This document shows positions 44,103 through 53,218 of a stretch of 64,000 nt of DNA, in pieces; positions within the stretch are counted from its first letter, which is position 1; each line of letters begins with the position of its first letter. A program made the position numbers and the translations under genes. Under the pieces are notes generated by a model. It was not told where the DNA came from and ran no database searches. It worked only from the letters and a program-made list of their open reading frames with translations. The DNA is taken from the NCBI GenBank assembly GCA_945957125.1, contig CAMFJT010000003.1:8990-72989 (forward strand). Direction: 5' to 3'. This stretch comes from an uncultured Rhodospirillales bacterium. GTDB lineage: Bacteria; Pseudomonadota; Alphaproteobacteria; Reyranellales; Reyranellaceae.

Positions 44103-45233
44103 ATGAATAAATCTCCCCTCTCGCTCGCGCTCGGCGGAATGCTGGCGATGGCCGCCGGGCTCGGCATCGGACGCTTCGTCTATACCCCGATCCTGCCGCC
44201 GATGGTCGAGGCGCTGGGACTGAGCAACAGCCAGGCCGGGCTCATCGCCTCGGCCAATTTCGTCGGCTATCTCCTGGGCGCGCTGCTGGCCGCCGTACGG
44301 CTACCGGGCTCGCGCCGGGCCTGGCTGACGGGCGCGCTGGCGGCGAATGCAACGGGACTCGCGGCGATGGCGCTGACGACCTCGCTGCCGGCCTTCCTGC
44401 TGCTGCGACTGGGCGGCGGCATCGCCAGTGCGATCACCCTGATCTTCGCCTCGGCGCTGGTGCTCGATCGCCTTGCGGCAGCCGGGCAAGGCCGCCTCGG
44501 CGCCATTCATTTCGCCGGCGTGGGCGTCGGTATCGCCCTATCGGCAGCCCTGGTGGCGATGCTGCACGACTGGCGCACGATGTGGCTCGCCAGCAGCGCC
44601 CTTGCCCTCGCCGCCGGCGCCGCCGTGCTGCTGCTCGTGCCGCCCGACAGGCCGGGCTCGCAGATCCGGACGATCGGCCCCCGCGCACCCCTGCCGCGCG
44701 GCTTCCTGCCGCTCGCGCTGGCGTACGGGCTGTTCGGCTTCGGCTACATCATCACCGCCACCTTCATCGTCGCCATGGTGCGCGGCAATCCCGAGATTGC
44801 CGGCCTCGAGCCCTATATCTGGGTGATGTTCGGGATCAGCGCCGCGCCTTCCGTGGCCCTCTGGACCGCGCTCGCCGCCCGCTGGGGCATCCGCCGCACC
44901 TTCGCCATCGTCGCCTTCATCGAGGCGCTGGGCGTTGCCGTTTCCGCCTTGTGGCTCACGGCAGCCAGTGTCGTGGCCACCGCGGTGCTGGTCGGCGGCA
45001 CGCTGATGGGGCTGACGGCTCTGGGGGTCATGGGCGCGCGCGAAGGCGGCGGCGACCCGCGCGGACGGATCGCGCTGATGACGGCGGCATTCGGCACCGG
45101 CCAGATCGTCGGCCCCAGCTTCGCCGGCTATCTTTACGACCTGACCGGCAGCCTCACCGGCCCGTCATGGGCCGCCGTCACCGCGCTGGTCGTAGCTGGA
45201 CTGCTCAGCTTCTTCCGGTCGGCGAGAGGGTGA
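44103..45233 (+). CDS. MFS transporter (YbfB/YjiJ-like)
   Basis: The 376-aa ORF has about 12 TM helices. GIGRFVYTPILPPM near the N-terminus is typical of the YbfB/YjiJ subgroup. Confidence 0.8.
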   Translation: MNKSPLSLALGGMLAMAAGLGIGRFVYTPILPPMVEALGLSNSQAGLIASANFVGYLLGALLAAVRLPGSRRAWLTGALAANATGLAAMALTTSLPAFLLLRLGGGIASAITLIFASALVLDRLAAAGQGRLGAIHFAGVGVGIALSAALVAMLHDWRTMWLASSALALAAGAAVLLLVPPDRPGSQIRTIGPRAPLPRGFLPLALAYGLFGFGYIITATFIVAMVRGNPEIAGLEPYIWVMFGISAAPSVALWTALAARWGIRRTFAIVAFIEALGVAVSALWLTAASVVATAVLVGGTLMGLTALGVMGAREGGGDPRGRIALMTAAFGTGQIVGPSFAGYLYDLTGSLTGPSWAAVTALVVAGLLSFFRSARG

Positions 45234-45240
45234 CGCACCC

Positions 45241-46398
45241 TCAACTCCGCCCGAGCACCGCAAGCGCTGCTTTCGCGGCACGCTGGCCCGACATGTTTGC
45301 GCCTGCCACGCCGCCGGCCGGATCGGTCGCCTCACCGGCGAACAGGACCCGCTCGTCGTGCGGGGTGGCGAGCGCCAGCCGAGCCTGCACGGGGCCGTCG
45401 GTCCAGGCGCCGCGCGCGAGGGGATCCTGCCCCCACCGGGTCGAGGTGCCGCGCAGGAACGCCGTCCGCACCTCCCGGCCGAACAGCTCGGTCAGCGCCG
45501 ATACCGCGCCGGCGGTCGCCGCCATCGGTCCATTGGCTTCGAGCTGTTGCGCCTCCTCATCACGATAGGACAATACCGCCGCCTCCTGTCCGCGCGGCCG
45601 CAGCAGCGCCTCGATCACCGTACCCGTCGCCGTCCAGGCCACCAGCCGGGCGTCGTCCGGTACGTCCAGCACCCGGCGCGAGAAGGTGACGAACGTCTTG
45701 GCCGCCTGGACCATGGGCAGCGATTCGACCGCTGCCTGCTGTTCCGGTCGCAGCCCCGGAGCGAAGGCGAGACCGCCGGCCGCCAGCACGCCTGTCGGAA
45801 CCGTGACGATCGCGGCCCGCGCGGTGATCTCTCCGCCCCCGGTCAGCAACCGTACCCGCGATCCGGTCGAGTCGATCCCGGTGACGCGGATGCCGACACG
45901 CACCGGTATCCTCGCCTCCGTAACCGGCAGGACGGCCAGCGGAGCGAACGGCACGCGGCGCAACAGCTCGGCGACCGCGAGCTTCTCGAGCGGGTCGTTG
46001 CCATGGATCGCCAGCCGCGGATCCACCCCGGGCAGCTGCGTGCGAAGCTTCTCCAGCGTGCGCTCCAGCTCGGCCGAGACCTGATCGTAGCGGGCGTATT
46101 CCTCGCGGGTCAGCTCGCGGCCGTCGATTACCAGGGCGGGCGGACCGGATTGCGGCCGGGTCGGCGCTCCTTCGTCGAACGGCAGGCCGATGCTGGTGTT
46201 CGTGAAGACCCGCCCGCCGGTCCGCTCGCGCGCCTCGAGCACGACGACGTTCTTGCGCGCCCCGATCAGGGCATGGGCCGCAGCGAAGCCCGCCACGCCG
46301 GCGCCGACGACGGCGACGTCGACGTCGGCCGCACGGGCGGGATGGACGGCGGCGGCCGCCAGGGCGCCGGACAGTAAGGAACGTCGGCCGAGCCTCAT
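45241..46398 (-). CDS. Tat-exported FAD-dependent amine oxidase family oxidoreductase
   Basis: The inner ATG at 46398 gives MRLGRRSLLSGALAAAAVHPARA (twin-arginine signal). It is followed by VAVVGAGVAGFAAAHAL...VVLEARERTGGRV (the GxGxxG + E..R.GGR dinucleotide fold) and a C-terminal FAGEAT. Confidence 0.85.
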   Translation of the reverse strand: MRLGRRSLLSGALAAAAVHPARAADVDVAVVGAGVAGFAAAHALIGARKNVVVLEARERTGGRVFTNTSIGLPFDEGAPTRPQSGPPALVIDGRELTREEYARYDQVSAELERTLEKLRTQLPGVDPRLAIHGNDPLEKLAVAELLRRVPFAPLAVLPVTEARIPVRVGIRVTGIDSTGSRVRLLTGGGEITARAAIVTVPTGVLAAGGLAFAPGLRPEQQAAVESLPMVQAAKTFVTFSRRVLDVPDDARLVAWTATGTVIEALLRPRGQEAAVLSYRDEEAQQLEANGPMAATAGAVSALTELFGREVRTAFLRGTSTRWGQDPLARGAWTDGPVQARLALATPHDERVLFAGEATDPAGGVAGANMSGQRAAKAALAVLGRS

Positions 46399-46506
46399 TC
46401 TCGCACGATTGTATGCTATCGGGGCTGTCGATGTTCGATCTTCGTGCGCGGCCTCCGTTCGGCCCGCCCCACCCTCGCGTCGCAGAGACCAGGTGAGGCA
46501 GCCGTG

Positions 46507-49311
46507 ATGACGCCCTCCCTTCTCGCCACGGCGCGCGGCGCGCTGTGGCTGAGCGCGGACGGCGAAATCGAGCGCCTGTCCGGGCCCGATGCGGCCCTGC
46601 GGGCTGCGGGCACGCTGCCGCTGGTCGTCCATGCGCCGGCGACCGCGGCGCGGCTCGGTCTCGACTCGCTGGCGGCCCGGGACCTGCTGGAACTCTATGC
46701 CTTCGTTCGGCCAGGCAGCTTCTGCCTTCCGACGCCGCGCGGGCTGGCCGCCGCGCTCGATATCGCCGGCAACGACGAGCTGACCCTGCTGCCGCGCATC
46801 GGGGACGCCCTGATCGACGCGCTCGAGGACATGGCGGCCCTCGCCTCGCCCGAGATGAAGAGCACGGCGGCCGCCATGGCCCGTGGCCGTTGGGCTTGGG
46901 GTAGCGAGGTGCTGGCGGCGCTGGGCCTCGATCAAATCGGGAGCGGGCAGGCGACGAGTGGTCCGCGCCCGACGTTCCGGCCCGGAGCCGGCCTCGACAT
47001 CTGGAAGAGCCTGCCCGCCTGGGAGGATCCACCGCCCTCACCGCCGCCGCGCAGCCTGCCGATCGAGCCACGCGAGGCCCGCCTGCGGCTCGCGCAGATG
47101 ATCTCCGCCGGCCCCAACCTGGCCGAGGCCCGTCCGACGCAGAGCGATTTCGCCTCCGCCGCCAGCGAGGCATTTGCTCCGCGTGAAGCGGAGGACAAGC
47201 CCCGGGTCGTGCTGGTCGAAGCCGGCACCGGTGTGGGCAAGACGATGGGCTATGTCGCGCCCGCGAGCCTGTGGGCGGAGAGGAACGGCGCGCCGGTCTG
47301 GATCGCCACCTACACCCGCAACCTGCAACGCCAGATCGACAACGAGCTCGACCGGCTGCACCGCGATTCCGCCGTGAAGCGGCGCAGGGTGGTGATCCGC
47401 AAGGGCCGCGAGAACTATCTCTGCCTGCTGAACTTCCAGGAAGCGGCGATGCGCACCGGGCTGATGCCCGAGAACGCCGTCGGCCTCGGCCTGCTGGCGC
47501 GCTGGGCGCTGGCCAGCCGCGACGGCGACATGATCGGCGGCGACCTGCCGGCCTGGCTGATCGACCTGATCGGCCGCAACCGAATTACGCGTCTGGCCGA
47601 CCGGCGCGGCGAATGCATCTACTCGGCCTGCGAGCACTATCGGAAGTGCTTCGTCGAGCGCACCATCCGCCGCGCCCGGCAGGCCGACATCGTCATCGCC
47701 AACCACGCGCTGGTGATGGTGCAGGCCGCGATGGGCGGCCTCGACGACGCCACGCGGCCGCTGCGCTACGTGTTCGACGAGGGTCACCACCTGTTCGATG
47801 CCGCCGACGGCGCCTTCGCCGCACACCTGAGCGGCGTCGAAACGAGCGACCTGCGGCGCTGGATCCTCGGTGCGGAAGGGCGGCGCGGCAGCCGTGCCCG
47901 AGGCCTGGAGCGCCGGGTCACCGACCTGCTGGGCGAGGACGTCGAGGCACAGAATGCACTACGCCGTTTGCTCGACCTCACGCACCGCCTTCCCTCGCCC
48001 AACTGGCAGACGCGGTTGGCCGACGGCACGGTGATGGGGCCGGCGGAAGAATTCCTCGCCCTCGTGCGCCTCCAGGTCCGCGCCCGCGCCACCGGCGACG
48101 ACCAGGGCTTCGGCATGCAGTGCGACATCCGCCCGCTCAACCCCGGCCTGACCGAGGCGGCGGACCAGCTCGCCGCGCTGTTCGAGCAGATGCTGCTGCC
48201 GGTGCACCGGCTCAAGCAGGCCCTCAAGGCCAAGCTGGAGAGCGAATCCGACAAGCTCGACTCCGCTCAACGCGGCCGCATCGAAGGCGTGATGCGTTCG
48301 CTCACCAACCGCTGCGAGCTGACCCTCGCGGCCTGGCGCGCCATGCTGCGCGGCCTGCACGACGAGCCGGACCCCGCGTTCGTCGACTGGTTCGCGGTTG
48401 AGCGCAGCCAGGCGCGCGAGACCGATGTCGGCATGTTCCGCCACTATCTCGATCCGACCGAGCCGTTCGTGAACGCGGTGATCAAGCCCGCGCATGGCGC
48501 CGTGATCACGTCGGCAACACTGCGCGACAGCCTCGGCGCTCCCCAGCCGGCGAACGACGATCCCGAGCCGCGCGGTCCTTCGGAAGCGCCCGCCTCGTGG
48601 TTCGCCGCCGAGGCGCGCACCGGCACCCGCCACCTCCTCGCTCCGGCCACGCGCGCGGCGATGGCCTCGCCGTTCGACTACGCCGGCGCCACACGGGTCC
48701 TCGTCGTCAAGGACGTGCGCCGCGACGACGCCGACCAGGTCGCCGCTGCCTATCGCGAGCTGTTCCTCGCATCGGGCGGCGGTGCGCTCGGCCTGTTCAC
48801 CGCGATCGGCCGGCTGCGCGCCGTGCAGCAGCGCATCGCCCGGCCGCTCGAGGATGCCGGCCTGCCGCTCTACGCCCAGCATGTCGGCGGCATGGATGCG
48901 GCCACCCTGGTCGACATCTTCCGCGCCGAGGAGCATTCCTGCCTGCTCGGCACCGACGCGGTGCGCGACGGCGTCGACGTGCCGGGCCGATCGCTGCGGC
49001 TGATCGTGTTCGATCGCGTGCCCTGGCCGCGCCCCGACATCCTGCACCGCGCACGCAAGGCGGCGTGGAAAGCGGCCGGCGCAGGCGCGACCGCCTACGA
49101 CGACATGCTGGCGCGGCTGCGGCTCAAGCAGGCCTATGGCCGCCTGATCCGCCGCGCCGACGACCGTGGCGTGTTCGTGATGCTCGACTCGCGCCTGCCG
49201 TCGCGACTGCTCGGCGCCTTCCCCGCGGGCGTCGTCGTCGAGCGGACCGGTCTCGCCGAAGCCATCGCGGCCGTGCGGCAGTTCCTCGGCGAGCCGGGTA
49301 CATCTACCTGA
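46507..49311 (+). CDS. DinG/Rad3-family ATP-dependent DNA helicase with a 4-Cys Fe-S insertion
   Basis: ORF 46444..49311. It has VEAGTGVGKT (Walker A) and a Cys cluster (NYLCLLNF...GECIYSACEHYRKCF). VFDEGHHLFD is the DEAH-type box, and GTDAVRDGVDVPG is a C-terminal helicase motif. I placed the start at 46507 (MTPSLL), but it is uncertain. Confidence 0.85.
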   Translation: MTPSLLATARGALWLSADGEIERLSGPDAALRAAGTLPLVVHAPATAARLGLDSLAARDLLELYAFVRPGSFCLPTPRGLAAALDIAGNDELTLLPRIGDALIDALEDMAALASPEMKSTAAAMARGRWAWGSEVLAALGLDQIGSGQATSGPRPTFRPGAGLDIWKSLPAWEDPPPSPPPRSLPIEPREARLRLAQMISAGPNLAEARPTQSDFASAASEAFAPREAEDKPRVVLVEAGTGVGKTMGYVAPASLWAERNGAPVWIATYTRNLQRQIDNELDRLHRDSAVKRRRVVIRKGRENYLCLLNFQEAAMRTGLMPENAVGLGLLARWALASRDGDMIGGDLPAWLIDLIGRNRITRLADRRGECIYSACEHYRKCFVERTIRRARQADIVIANHALVMVQAAMGGLDDATRPLRYVFDEGHHLFDAADGAFAAHLSGVETSDLRRWILGAEGRRGSRARGLERRVTDLLGEDVEAQNALRRLLDLTHRLPSPNWQTRLADGTVMGPAEEFLALVRLQVRARATGDDQGFGMQCDIRPLNPGLTEAADQLAALFEQMLLPVHRLKQALKAKLESESDKLDSAQRGRIEGVMRSLTNRCELTLAAWRAMLRGLHDEPDPAFVDWFAVERSQARETDVGMFRHYLDPTEPFVNAVIKPAHGAVITSATLRDSLGAPQPANDDPEPRGPSEAPASWFAAEARTGTRHLLAPATRAAMASPFDYAGATRVLVVKDVRRDDADQVAAAYRELFLASGGGALGLFTAIGRLRAVQQRIARPLEDAGLPLYAQHVGGMDAATLVDIFRAEEHSCLLGTDAVRDGVDVPGRSLRLIVFDRVPWPRPDILHRARKAAWKAAGAGATAYDDMLARLRLKQAYGRLIRRADDRGVFVMLDSRLPSRLLGAFPAGVVVERTGLAEAIAAVRQFLGEPGTST

Positions 49312-49360
49312 CCCCAATCCTTCACCGGCCCGCAACGCAGATGCGCCACCGTAGCGAACG

Positions 49361-49858
49361 GTGTCCTCGTCGAACGCGATCGTCTATCTCCTGAGCTTCT
49401 GGCACTACGCCCTCTACTGGCGGACGTTCACGTTCGGCACGGCGGACTTCGGTGCCTTCAAGCGCAAGGCCATCGTCCTGAAGGCGATATCGGTCGGCGC
49501 CCTCGCGCTCGTCTACCTGCGCTTCCCGCTCGACCCCGTCTCGCTGGCCGTCATCGCCGTCGGCGTCTTCCTGAACGCGCGCGCCGCGGCGGTGCTGGGC
49601 ATCGACCGGACCTACTACGGCCACGAGGTCGCGGGACTTCCTCCGAAGCGCATCGCCGCCTTCCCCTATTCGCTGACCGCTCATCCGATGATCGTCGGCA
49701 ATGTCGCCGCCTTCGGCGGCACGCTGATCAACGACGGCTTTCGCGAGCAGTGGTGGCCGCTCGCGGCCCTTCATGTGGCGGCCAACGTCGGACTTCTGGT
49801 CATGGAGCGGGCCGGCCCGCAGCGCCGCCACTCCGGCCGCAACGAGGAGAGCCCGTGA
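49361..49858 (+). CDS. Small integral-membrane methyltransferase-like protein (PEMT/ICMT family)
   Basis: The gene uses a GTG start and encodes 165 aa with 4-5 TM helices. The C-terminal FPYSLTAHPMIVGNV resembles the R-HP-x-Y-x-G SAM-binding motif of the phospholipid/isoprenylcysteine methyltransferase family. Confidence 0.6.
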   Translation: MSSSNAIVYLLSFWHYALYWRTFTFGTADFGAFKRKAIVLKAISVGALALVYLRFPLDPVSLAVIAVGVFLNARAAAVLGIDRTYYGHEVAGLPPKRIAAFPYSLTAHPMIVGNVAAFGGTLINDGFREQWWPLAALHVAANVGLLVMERAGPQRRHSGRNEESP

Positions 49859-50691
49859 GCACCATCCTGACAGGCGCCGAACCGCAGGTTCGTCCGGCGC
49901 AGCATTTTCCTGCAACGATCGGCCGGTTCGACGATCCCGCCGACCGCGCCGCGATCGACGGGCTGGCCCGGTGGGTCGAGGACCGCTATCGCGCCGAGCT
50001 GCAGCAGCGGCCGTCCAAGCACGTCTACGTCCGCACCCTGCCCGGCGCGACGATCGCGCAGGTCGACCGCCTGCGCGACAGCCCGGTCGTCCGCGACGCG
50101 ATCGTGCGGCAGGTCCGGGCCGGGAGCGTCATCGCGCCGATGAAGCACACCGACGAGCTCTATCTCTCGCACTACAACAAGGACGGCGGCGGCGATCAGG
50201 GCCTGTTCGACAAGCACTACGACGGCAACCTGCGCTTCCTGTCGTCAAGCGTCGTCGTGCGCGCCCTGATCTACCTGCAATCCGACGCGACCTACACAGT
50301 GGTGTTCGGCGACAGCGGCGTGCGCAAGGCCTTCGGCTCCTACGAGTTCGGCCTGCTCGACTTCCATCGCGAGCTGCACTGGGTCGAGGGCGCATACGAC
50401 CCCACCGACCGCCAGCGCATCCTGCTGAAGTGCAACTACCTGGTGACCTCGCCCGACGCCACCGTGACCGAATGGGCTGCGCTCGCCGCCAACACCGCCG
50501 TGTTCTACGTCGTGAAGTCGGCGATGGAATATTCAAAGAGCCCGCGCACGCTACCGCAACGCGCCGTCGGCCTGCTGTGCAACCTGTTCCGGCGGCTCAA
50601 CATCGTCCACCCGCTGATCCCGCTCGCCATCGTCGCCGCATCGACCGCCGCTCTCGTCTGGGCAATCGTCCGCACCGTCGCTGTCCTGTAA
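49855..50691 (+). CDS. Hypothetical protein with a candidate HxD...H...R metal/2-oxoglutarate triad and a C-terminal TM anchor
   Basis: The GTG at 49855 overlaps the upstream stop (GTGA) and is preceded by GAGGAGA. The product is 278 aa. It has DKHYDGN (H121-x-D123), DFHRELHWVEG (H171/H175) and DRQRILLK. The C-terminus IVHPLIPLAIVAASTAALVWAIV is hydrophobic. I cannot assign a family. Confidence 0.6.
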   Translation: MSTILTGAEPQVRPAQHFPATIGRFDDPADRAAIDGLARWVEDRYRAELQQRPSKHVYVRTLPGATIAQVDRLRDSPVVRDAIVRQVRAGSVIAPMKHTDELYLSHYNKDGGGDQGLFDKHYDGNLRFLSSSVVVRALIYLQSDATYTVVFGDSGVRKAFGSYEFGLLDFHRELHWVEGAYDPTDRQRILLKCNYLVTSPDATVTEWAALAANTAVFYVVKSAMEYSKSPRTLPQRAVGLLCNLFRRLNIVHPLIPLAIVAASTAALVWAIVRTVAVL

Positions 50692-50755
50692 CCGCGGCGC
50701 GATATCGAGGTCACTGGCGTGAAACGATCGTCTCCTCTCAGCAAGGACCGCGCGC

Positions 50756-51406
50756 ATGAATGGCTTTCTCGATGAACTGAAAGTGCAACGTTGGGACGAT
50801 CATCGCTACTACCATCACAGCAAGGTCAATCAGGCGCTCCACTTCCTGAGCGCGACGAGCTTCCTGGTCGCCTACGTCATCGCCTTCTCCGACCCCGCGA
50901 TGGCCGCGCTGATCGGCTGGCTGGTGGCGATGACCAGCCGCCAGATCGGCCACCTCGTCTTCGAGCCGCGCGGCTACGATGTGGTCAACCAGGCGACCGA
51001 CGCTTACAAGGAAGAGATCAAGGTCGGCTACAACATCAAGCGCAAGCTGGTGCTGCTGGCGCTATGGGCTGCGTCGCCTCTGCTGCTGGTCGCGGATCCG
51101 ACCCTGCTCGGGATGTTCGCGCCGCATGCCGGGTCGGCCGAGTTCATCACCCATGTCGGAGAGCTCTGGCTGGCGGTCGGGCTCGGCGGCATCGCCTTCC
51201 GCTCGGTGCAGCTCTTCATCCTGAAGGACGTGCGCACGGGCCTGGTCTGGGCGACCAAGATCGCCACCGATCCGTTCCACGACATCAAGCTCTACCATCG
51301 CGCGCCGCTCGAGCTGCTGCGGCGCCAGCGCATCGAGATCGAGGACGCGCTGGGCGAGGAGATCGCCGAACCGGCGCCGGTCGAGGCCTCGAAGCCGGGC
51401 CTCTAG
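50756..51406 (+). CDS. Membrane protein, Mpo1/DUF962-like
   Basis: The 216-aa ORF has RYYHHSKVNQALHFLSATSF, fitting the H-x4-N-x3-H N-terminal motif of the DUF962/Mpo1 family. Three to four TM helices follow. The assignment is tentative. Confidence 0.55.
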   Translation: MNGFLDELKVQRWDDHRYYHHSKVNQALHFLSATSFLVAYVIAFSDPAMAALIGWLVAMTSRQIGHLVFEPRGYDVVNQATDAYKEEIKVGYNIKRKLVLLALWAASPLLLVADPTLLGMFAPHAGSAEFITHVGELWLAVGLGGIAFRSVQLFILKDVRTGLVWATKIATDPFHDIKLYHRAPLELLRRQRIEIEDALGEEIAEPAPVEASKPGL

Positions 51407-51443
51407 AACGATCATCCGGACCGCGAACCTCCGGCTCGCGTGA

Positions 51444-53153
51444 TCACGAGCGAGCCGGCAGCTCGCGGTCCGGAAGGGCATGAGGACGCGCTCCCAGCGA
51501 GGGCAAGGCCCGCCCCAGCATCTCGCGCAGGATCCGGCGCTTTACGGCCCGGTCGGTGGCGAGGGTGCCGGTCTCGAACCAGCCGTCGCCGCGCATCGCC
51601 TCGGCCGCGGCGAGGAAGCGCTCGATCACGGCCTCGAAATCGGCCTCGCCGAAATTGAGGCTGAACACCAGCCGGCCGGTGCCGACCCAGCTCAGCGCCA
51701 GGCCTGCTTGCTTGAGGTAGTATTGGAACATCCAGTTGTAGCGCGACGGCGCCGTGTAGCAGACGGTCCAGATCGACGAGAGGGCCGCGACCCGCAGCGG
51801 CAGGTCACGCTCGGCCAGCCGACGATTGAGCATGGCGGTACGCCGTTCCCAGGTGGCGTCGAGGTCGCGATAGAGCGCCGTCATCTCCGCGCCGTCGAGA
51901 TGGCGCAGGAACTCGTTCATCGCTGCCATGACGTAGGGATGCGAATTGAACGTCCCGCGCGCGAAGCAGATGTCGGCCGGGCGATCGTGGCGGAAGCGTT
52001 TCATCAGCCGGTGCGGGCCGCAGACCACACCGATCGGATAGCCGCCGCCGACGGTCTTGCCATAGGTCACCATGTCGGCCTGGACGCCGAAATATTCCTG
52101 CGCGCCGCCGCGCCCGAGCCGAAAGCCGACGAAGACCTCGTCGAAGATCAGCACGATGCCGCGGGCGGTGCAGACCTCCCGCAGCGCCTTCAGCCAAGCC
52201 GAATAGGCGGCCCGATCGACGCTACGGTCCGGCCGGCTGTGGACCAGCGTCGAATCGGCCGGTGCCCCGAGGTTGGGATGCATGGCCTGGCAGGGGTTCA
52301 CCAGCACGCAGGCAATGTCGCGGCGGGTGCGCAGCACCGCCAGGGTACGTTCCGACATGTCGGCCAAGGTGTAGGTGTCGTGCGCCGGCACTGGATTGCC
52401 GACGCCGGGCTGCACGTCACCCCACCAGCCATGATAGGCGCCGCAGAAGCGCACGAGATGCGAGCGCCTGGTGTGATAGCGCGCCAGCCGCACGGCCTGC
52501 ATGACCGCCTCGGTGCCCGACATATGGAACGAGACCTCGTCCTTGCCCGAGATCTCCGCCAGCCGAGCGGCATTGTCGGCAACCAGGGACGGATAGGCAC
52601 CAAGCACCGGCCCGAGCGCCGCGACACGCTCGGTGCCGCGCGCCATGCAGTCCTTGTAGAAGTCGTAGCCGAGCAGGTTGACGCCGTAGGAGCCGGTGAG
52701 GTCGTACCGTGCCGTGCCGTCGAGGTCGGTGACCCGCACGCCGCCCGACGAGGTGATGAACGATCCGGCCGGCAATTGCCGCTGCACGCGCGGGCCGAAC
52801 TGGAAGGGGACGCGATAGCTCTCGGTGAATTGCAGATCGGAGATGTGCAGCGCGGCCTCGGCGGTCTGTCCGATCGTGCGCGCGCCGGCCGTCCGGATCT
52901 CGCTCGACAGCCGCTCGAACGCTGCCCGGCGCCGGGAGGCGATCTCGGCACCGGCGTCATCGGCGGAGAAGAACGCCGCATCGTCGTAGGCGTAGCGCGG
53001 CACCAGCGCCGCTATCCGGCGCGAGAGGCGTGCGTGCCCCGCGAGCGAGCGATGCTTGGCCCGGGACAGGGCAAGCCGCGCCTTCAGCTTCGGTCCGACC
53101 AATGCCACCAGCGCCCCTGCCGCCACCAGGGTCGCGATCGTTCCCGTCGTCAT
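51444..53153 (-). CDS. Class III (GSA-aminomutase-like) PLP aminotransferase with an N-terminal TM anchor and an extension of about 130 aa
   Basis: The inner ATG at 53153 is preceded by AAGGAAG. The product starts MTTGTIATLVAAGALVALVGPKL (TM). It contains VSFHMSGTEAVMQAVRLAR, LIFDEVFVGFR and MVTYGKTVGGGYPIG (PLP-Lys context, as in GK(I/T)xGGGxPxG of HemL-like enzymes). Confidence 0.8.
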   Translation of the reverse strand: MTTGTIATLVAAGALVALVGPKLKARLALSRAKHRSLAGHARLSRRIAALVPRYAYDDAAFFSADDAGAEIASRRRAAFERLSSEIRTAGARTIGQTAEAALHISDLQFTESYRVPFQFGPRVQRQLPAGSFITSSGGVRVTDLDGTARYDLTGSYGVNLLGYDFYKDCMARGTERVAALGPVLGAYPSLVADNAARLAEISGKDEVSFHMSGTEAVMQAVRLARYHTRRSHLVRFCGAYHGWWGDVQPGVGNPVPAHDTYTLADMSERTLAVLRTRRDIACVLVNPCQAMHPNLGAPADSTLVHSRPDRSVDRAAYSAWLKALREVCTARGIVLIFDEVFVGFRLGRGGAQEYFGVQADMVTYGKTVGGGYPIGVVCGPHRLMKRFRHDRPADICFARGTFNSHPYVMAAMNEFLRHLDGAEMTALYRDLDATWERRTAMLNRRLAERDLPLRVAALSSIWTVCYTAPSRYNWMFQYYLKQAGLALSWVGTGRLVFSLNFGEADFEAVIERFLAAAEAMRGDGWFETGTLATDRAVKRRILREMLGRALPSLGARPHALPDRELPARS

Positions 53154-53218
53154 CGGCGCTTCCTTTCCACCAAGCCGGGCGAAGCGCACGGCACGACCGC
53201 GCACGGGAGCGTCGCGAC

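Noticed and set aside
46507-49311. The DinG/Rad3-like helicase as a possible anti-phage defence component.
   Set aside because: It stands alone, flanked by an amine oxidase and membrane-enzyme genes. No nuclease, methylase, CRISPR/Cas or other defence partner is present. Its architecture (N-terminal extension plus an Fe-S helicase) is, to my knowledge, that of a helicase broadly conserved in alphaproteobacteria, so a housekeeping repair role is more likely.
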